From an uncultured Clostridia bacterium (GTDB lineage: Bacteria > Bacillota > Clostridia > TANB77 > CAG-508): a stretch of DNA of 64,000 nucleotides. The stretch lies in the NCBI GenBank assembly GCA_944392455.1, contig CALXWP010000003.1, positions 26,183 to 90,182 of the forward strand, given 5' to 3'. The translations under genes and the position numbers were made by a program. The notes beneath the pieces are model-generated. The model was given only the letters and a program-made list of their open reading frames with translations. It had not been told where the DNA came from and did no database searches. Each line of letters starts with the position of its first letter. Position 1 is the first letter of the stretch. Below, one piece after another: positions 61,788 through 64,000 of this stretch.

Positions 61788-64000
61788 ATGCAAAAACAAA
61801 AATTAAGAAACAATAAGATAAAAGGAACAAATACAAAAAACATGCCAATGTTTATATTAATAGGATTAATAGCAATGATAATAATAATTGCAGTAATTTA
61901 CTATGTATTTTTAAGATACTCACCAGAGCAAATAATAACATATAGCGGATATGCTATAGAAGGAAAAACGATGGCAGAAAACTTAAAAAGTGATGGATCA
62001 GGAGAAATAGACCAATACTTAAACTTAATAGAAGTAAAAGAAAACGATCTACTATATAAAAGATTAAATTCATATTACATAGGAGAAGACGATAAGAAAG
62101 AGGTAGACATTAATTACCCAATGTATATAAATGAAGGAAATACTATATTTAATATATCAAGAAATACAAAATTAATAACAGTAAATTATGAAGAGGTAGA
62201 AGGATATCCAGAATTTATGCTAACGGGAGGAGTAATGTATAATGGTGGAGATTTAACAAGAGCAGATGGAAATAAGTATATATTCCTAAAAAGCGAAGAT
62301 GAAATTTATACAAACGTACAAGCAATAAAAATAAAAACAGCTACAAATGAATATGAAATAAAAGAGTATAGCAACATATATTTTACAGAAGAATCAATAA
62401 CTTACTATGAAATGCAAGATGGATATATGGAATATAAAAGAATAGTAGATATAGATAATAATTCTGATATAGAAGTAAATGGACAAACTCTAACATATAA
62501 GACTTTCTTAGAAAGATTAGGAATTATTCAAAGTGAAGAACAAAACGTAAATAGTAATGATCAAGTAAATGAAAAATCCGAAAACACTACAATAGAAGAA
62601 AATCAAATAGAAGAGGAAAACAACAATAATGCAATTGAAAATGAAACAACAGAAGAAGAATGGCAAGAAGGAATGTGGGCAAAACCAGAAGTAAGTTGTA
62701 CTGATTTTGAAGCAGATGTATATACAATAAGGACAAACTTAAGTGTAATAGATAGAGCAGGAGTTATAACAAGAGGAGTAATATTTGAAATAAGCTTAGA
62801 TGGAAGACTAAATAGAAGAGTACAAGCAACACAAACTGGAGAACTTGAAATAACAGGACTACAACCAGATACAACTTATGAAATAGTAGGAATAGTATAT
62901 TACAATAATGAATCAAGAGTAGAAGTAGAAGAAGAATTCTATACAGGATCAGTTACAACAAAGTCAATAGATACATTAGGAACAATAGATTTTAGTTTTG
63001 AAAATGGAACAATATATTCAAATAAAATAGAACTTATTCATTTAAAGATAAATAATGATATTAATGAAGAAGTAATAAAAGGAATATCAAGGTTACAATT
63101 AGAAATAGATGGTATTGAATATAGATTATCAAATGATCAAGTAACACAAATAAAAGCAGGAAAAGAGATAACATATGGGACAAGTGAAACAATAGACTCA
63201 AATAGTAAAATAAGATATGAAATAACAGCATTTGATAAATTTGGAAATGAATTAAAAGAGATAAATAATACAGGAGAAACAATAACATCAAAGCAAAAGC
63301 CAACAGCATCAATAAGAGCGACAAAACAAGACGTAACAGAAGTAAATTTAGAGGTAAAACTAACAAACAAAGATAATGTAACATTAGAAAGTTATAGATA
63401 TGAGATAATAAATCAAAGTGGAGATGTAGTGAAAAATGCCACATTAAATGATAATAGTAACACAGAAACATTAGCATTTACAGATTTAGATCCAAATGGA
63501 TATTATCAAATAATTATCTATGGTGATTATGACCTAGAGAATGGAGAAGGAAAACAAGCGAACCAAGAACTAGGAAGAGGAAGTTTTGTAACAAGACCAA
63601 TAGCTTCCCTTGGATATATGCAAGTAAAAATAGATGATAAAGAAGTTTTGCAAAATTCTATGGACTTAGGAATAAGTATAGATAGCAATCAAACAGATGC
63701 AAGATTAATAGCAATATTAGATAAAGTAGAAGTAGTAATATATGACGAAGGAAAGAATGTAATAAATAATGATCAATCAAATGAACAAGAAGATAATGAA
63801 GAAAATCAAAATGAATTAGATGATCAGGAAAACAAAGAAACAGAAATAAAAAGAATAACATTAAGCAAAGAAGAAGTAAAATTATTAAAAACAGAAGAAG
63901 AAGTAGAAGTAAATTTAGATCAATTAAATTCAAATACAAAATATAGAATAGATGTAATAACAACAGTAAAGCAAGGATCTGTAGAAGAAGTTGTAGAAGA
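61788..64000 (+). CDS. giant surface protein copy 4, 5' part; runs off the window (absent from the ORF track)
   Basis: MQKQKLRNNKIKGTNTKNMPMFILIGLIAM..., colinear with copies 1-3 and open to the window end as far as I read it. Confidence 0.88.
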   Translation, partial: MQKQKLRNNKIKGTNTKNMPMFILIGLIAMIIIIAVIYYVFLRYSPEQIITYSGYAIEGKTMAENLKSDGSGEIDQYLNLIEVKENDLLYKRLNSYYIGEDDKKEVDINYPMYINEGNTIFNISRNTKLITVNYEEVEGYPEFMLTGGVMYNGGDLTRADGNKYIFLKSEDEIYTNVQAIKIKTATNEYEIKEYSNIYFTEESITYYEMQDGYMEYKRIVDIDNNSDIEVNGQTLTYKTFLERLGIIQSEEQNVNSNDQVNEKSENTTIEENQIEEENNNNAIENETTEEEWQEGMWAKPEVSCTDFEADVYTIRTNLSVIDRAGVITRGVIFEISLDGRLNRRVQATQTGELEITGLQPDTTYEIVGIVYYNNESRVEVEEEFYTGSVTTKSIDTLGTIDFSFENGTIYSNKIELIHLKINNDINEEVIKGISRLQLEIDGIEYRLSNDQVTQIKAGKEITYGTSETIDSNSKIRYEITAFDKFGNELKEINNTGETITSKQKPTASIRATKQDVTEVNLEVKLTNKDNVTLESYRYEIINQSGDVVKNATLNDNSNTETLAFTDLDPNGYYQIIIYGDYDLENGEGKQANQELGRGSFVTRPIASLGYMQVKIDDKEVLQNSMDLGISIDSNQTDARLIAILDKVEVVIYDEGKNVINNDQSNEQEDNEENQNELDDQENKETEIKRITLSKEEVKLLKTEEEVEVNLDQLNSNTKYRIDVITTVKQGSVEEVVE

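Overview
This is an AT-rich window from a spore-forming Clostridia-like Firmicute (inferred from the ger operon, DUF421/DUF4363 genes, secG-rnr and sigmaA-type promoters). 1-14.4 kb is mostly housekeeping: a heterodimeric ABC exporter pair, a KilA-N pseudogene, secG, rnr and a gerA-type germination receptor operon. 14.5-28 kb is one operon that mixes membrane-anchored FN3-like surface proteins with a divergent F-type ATPase set (c, b/delta-like, alpha, gamma, beta, epsilon-like, possible displaced a). Its c subunit lacks the ion-binding carboxylate. 28.3-64 kb is a tandem array of at least four ~3,000-aa paralogous surface proteins (GLUG/CBM/FN3-like; the three complete copies are anchored at both ends), separated by cargo genes (DUF4258/YgiT pair, AAA_14-DUF4143 ATPases). 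Three signals stand out. (1) An apparently ion-uncoupled F1Fo-derived machine sits with a family of surface proteins. (2) Each giant gene has a leader peptide with an (AG)n tract whose reading frame decides whether the ribosome reaches a conserved terminator hairpin, a candidate phase-variable attenuator (copy 1 predicted ON, copies 2-4 OFF). (3) All five frameshifted junctions in the window (gerKA and four in the giant genes) are +1 shifts exactly at an in-frame CGG codon, and I found no other in-frame CGG, which suggests CGG-triggered +1 recoding. Family assignments come from motif recognition by eye, not database searches.
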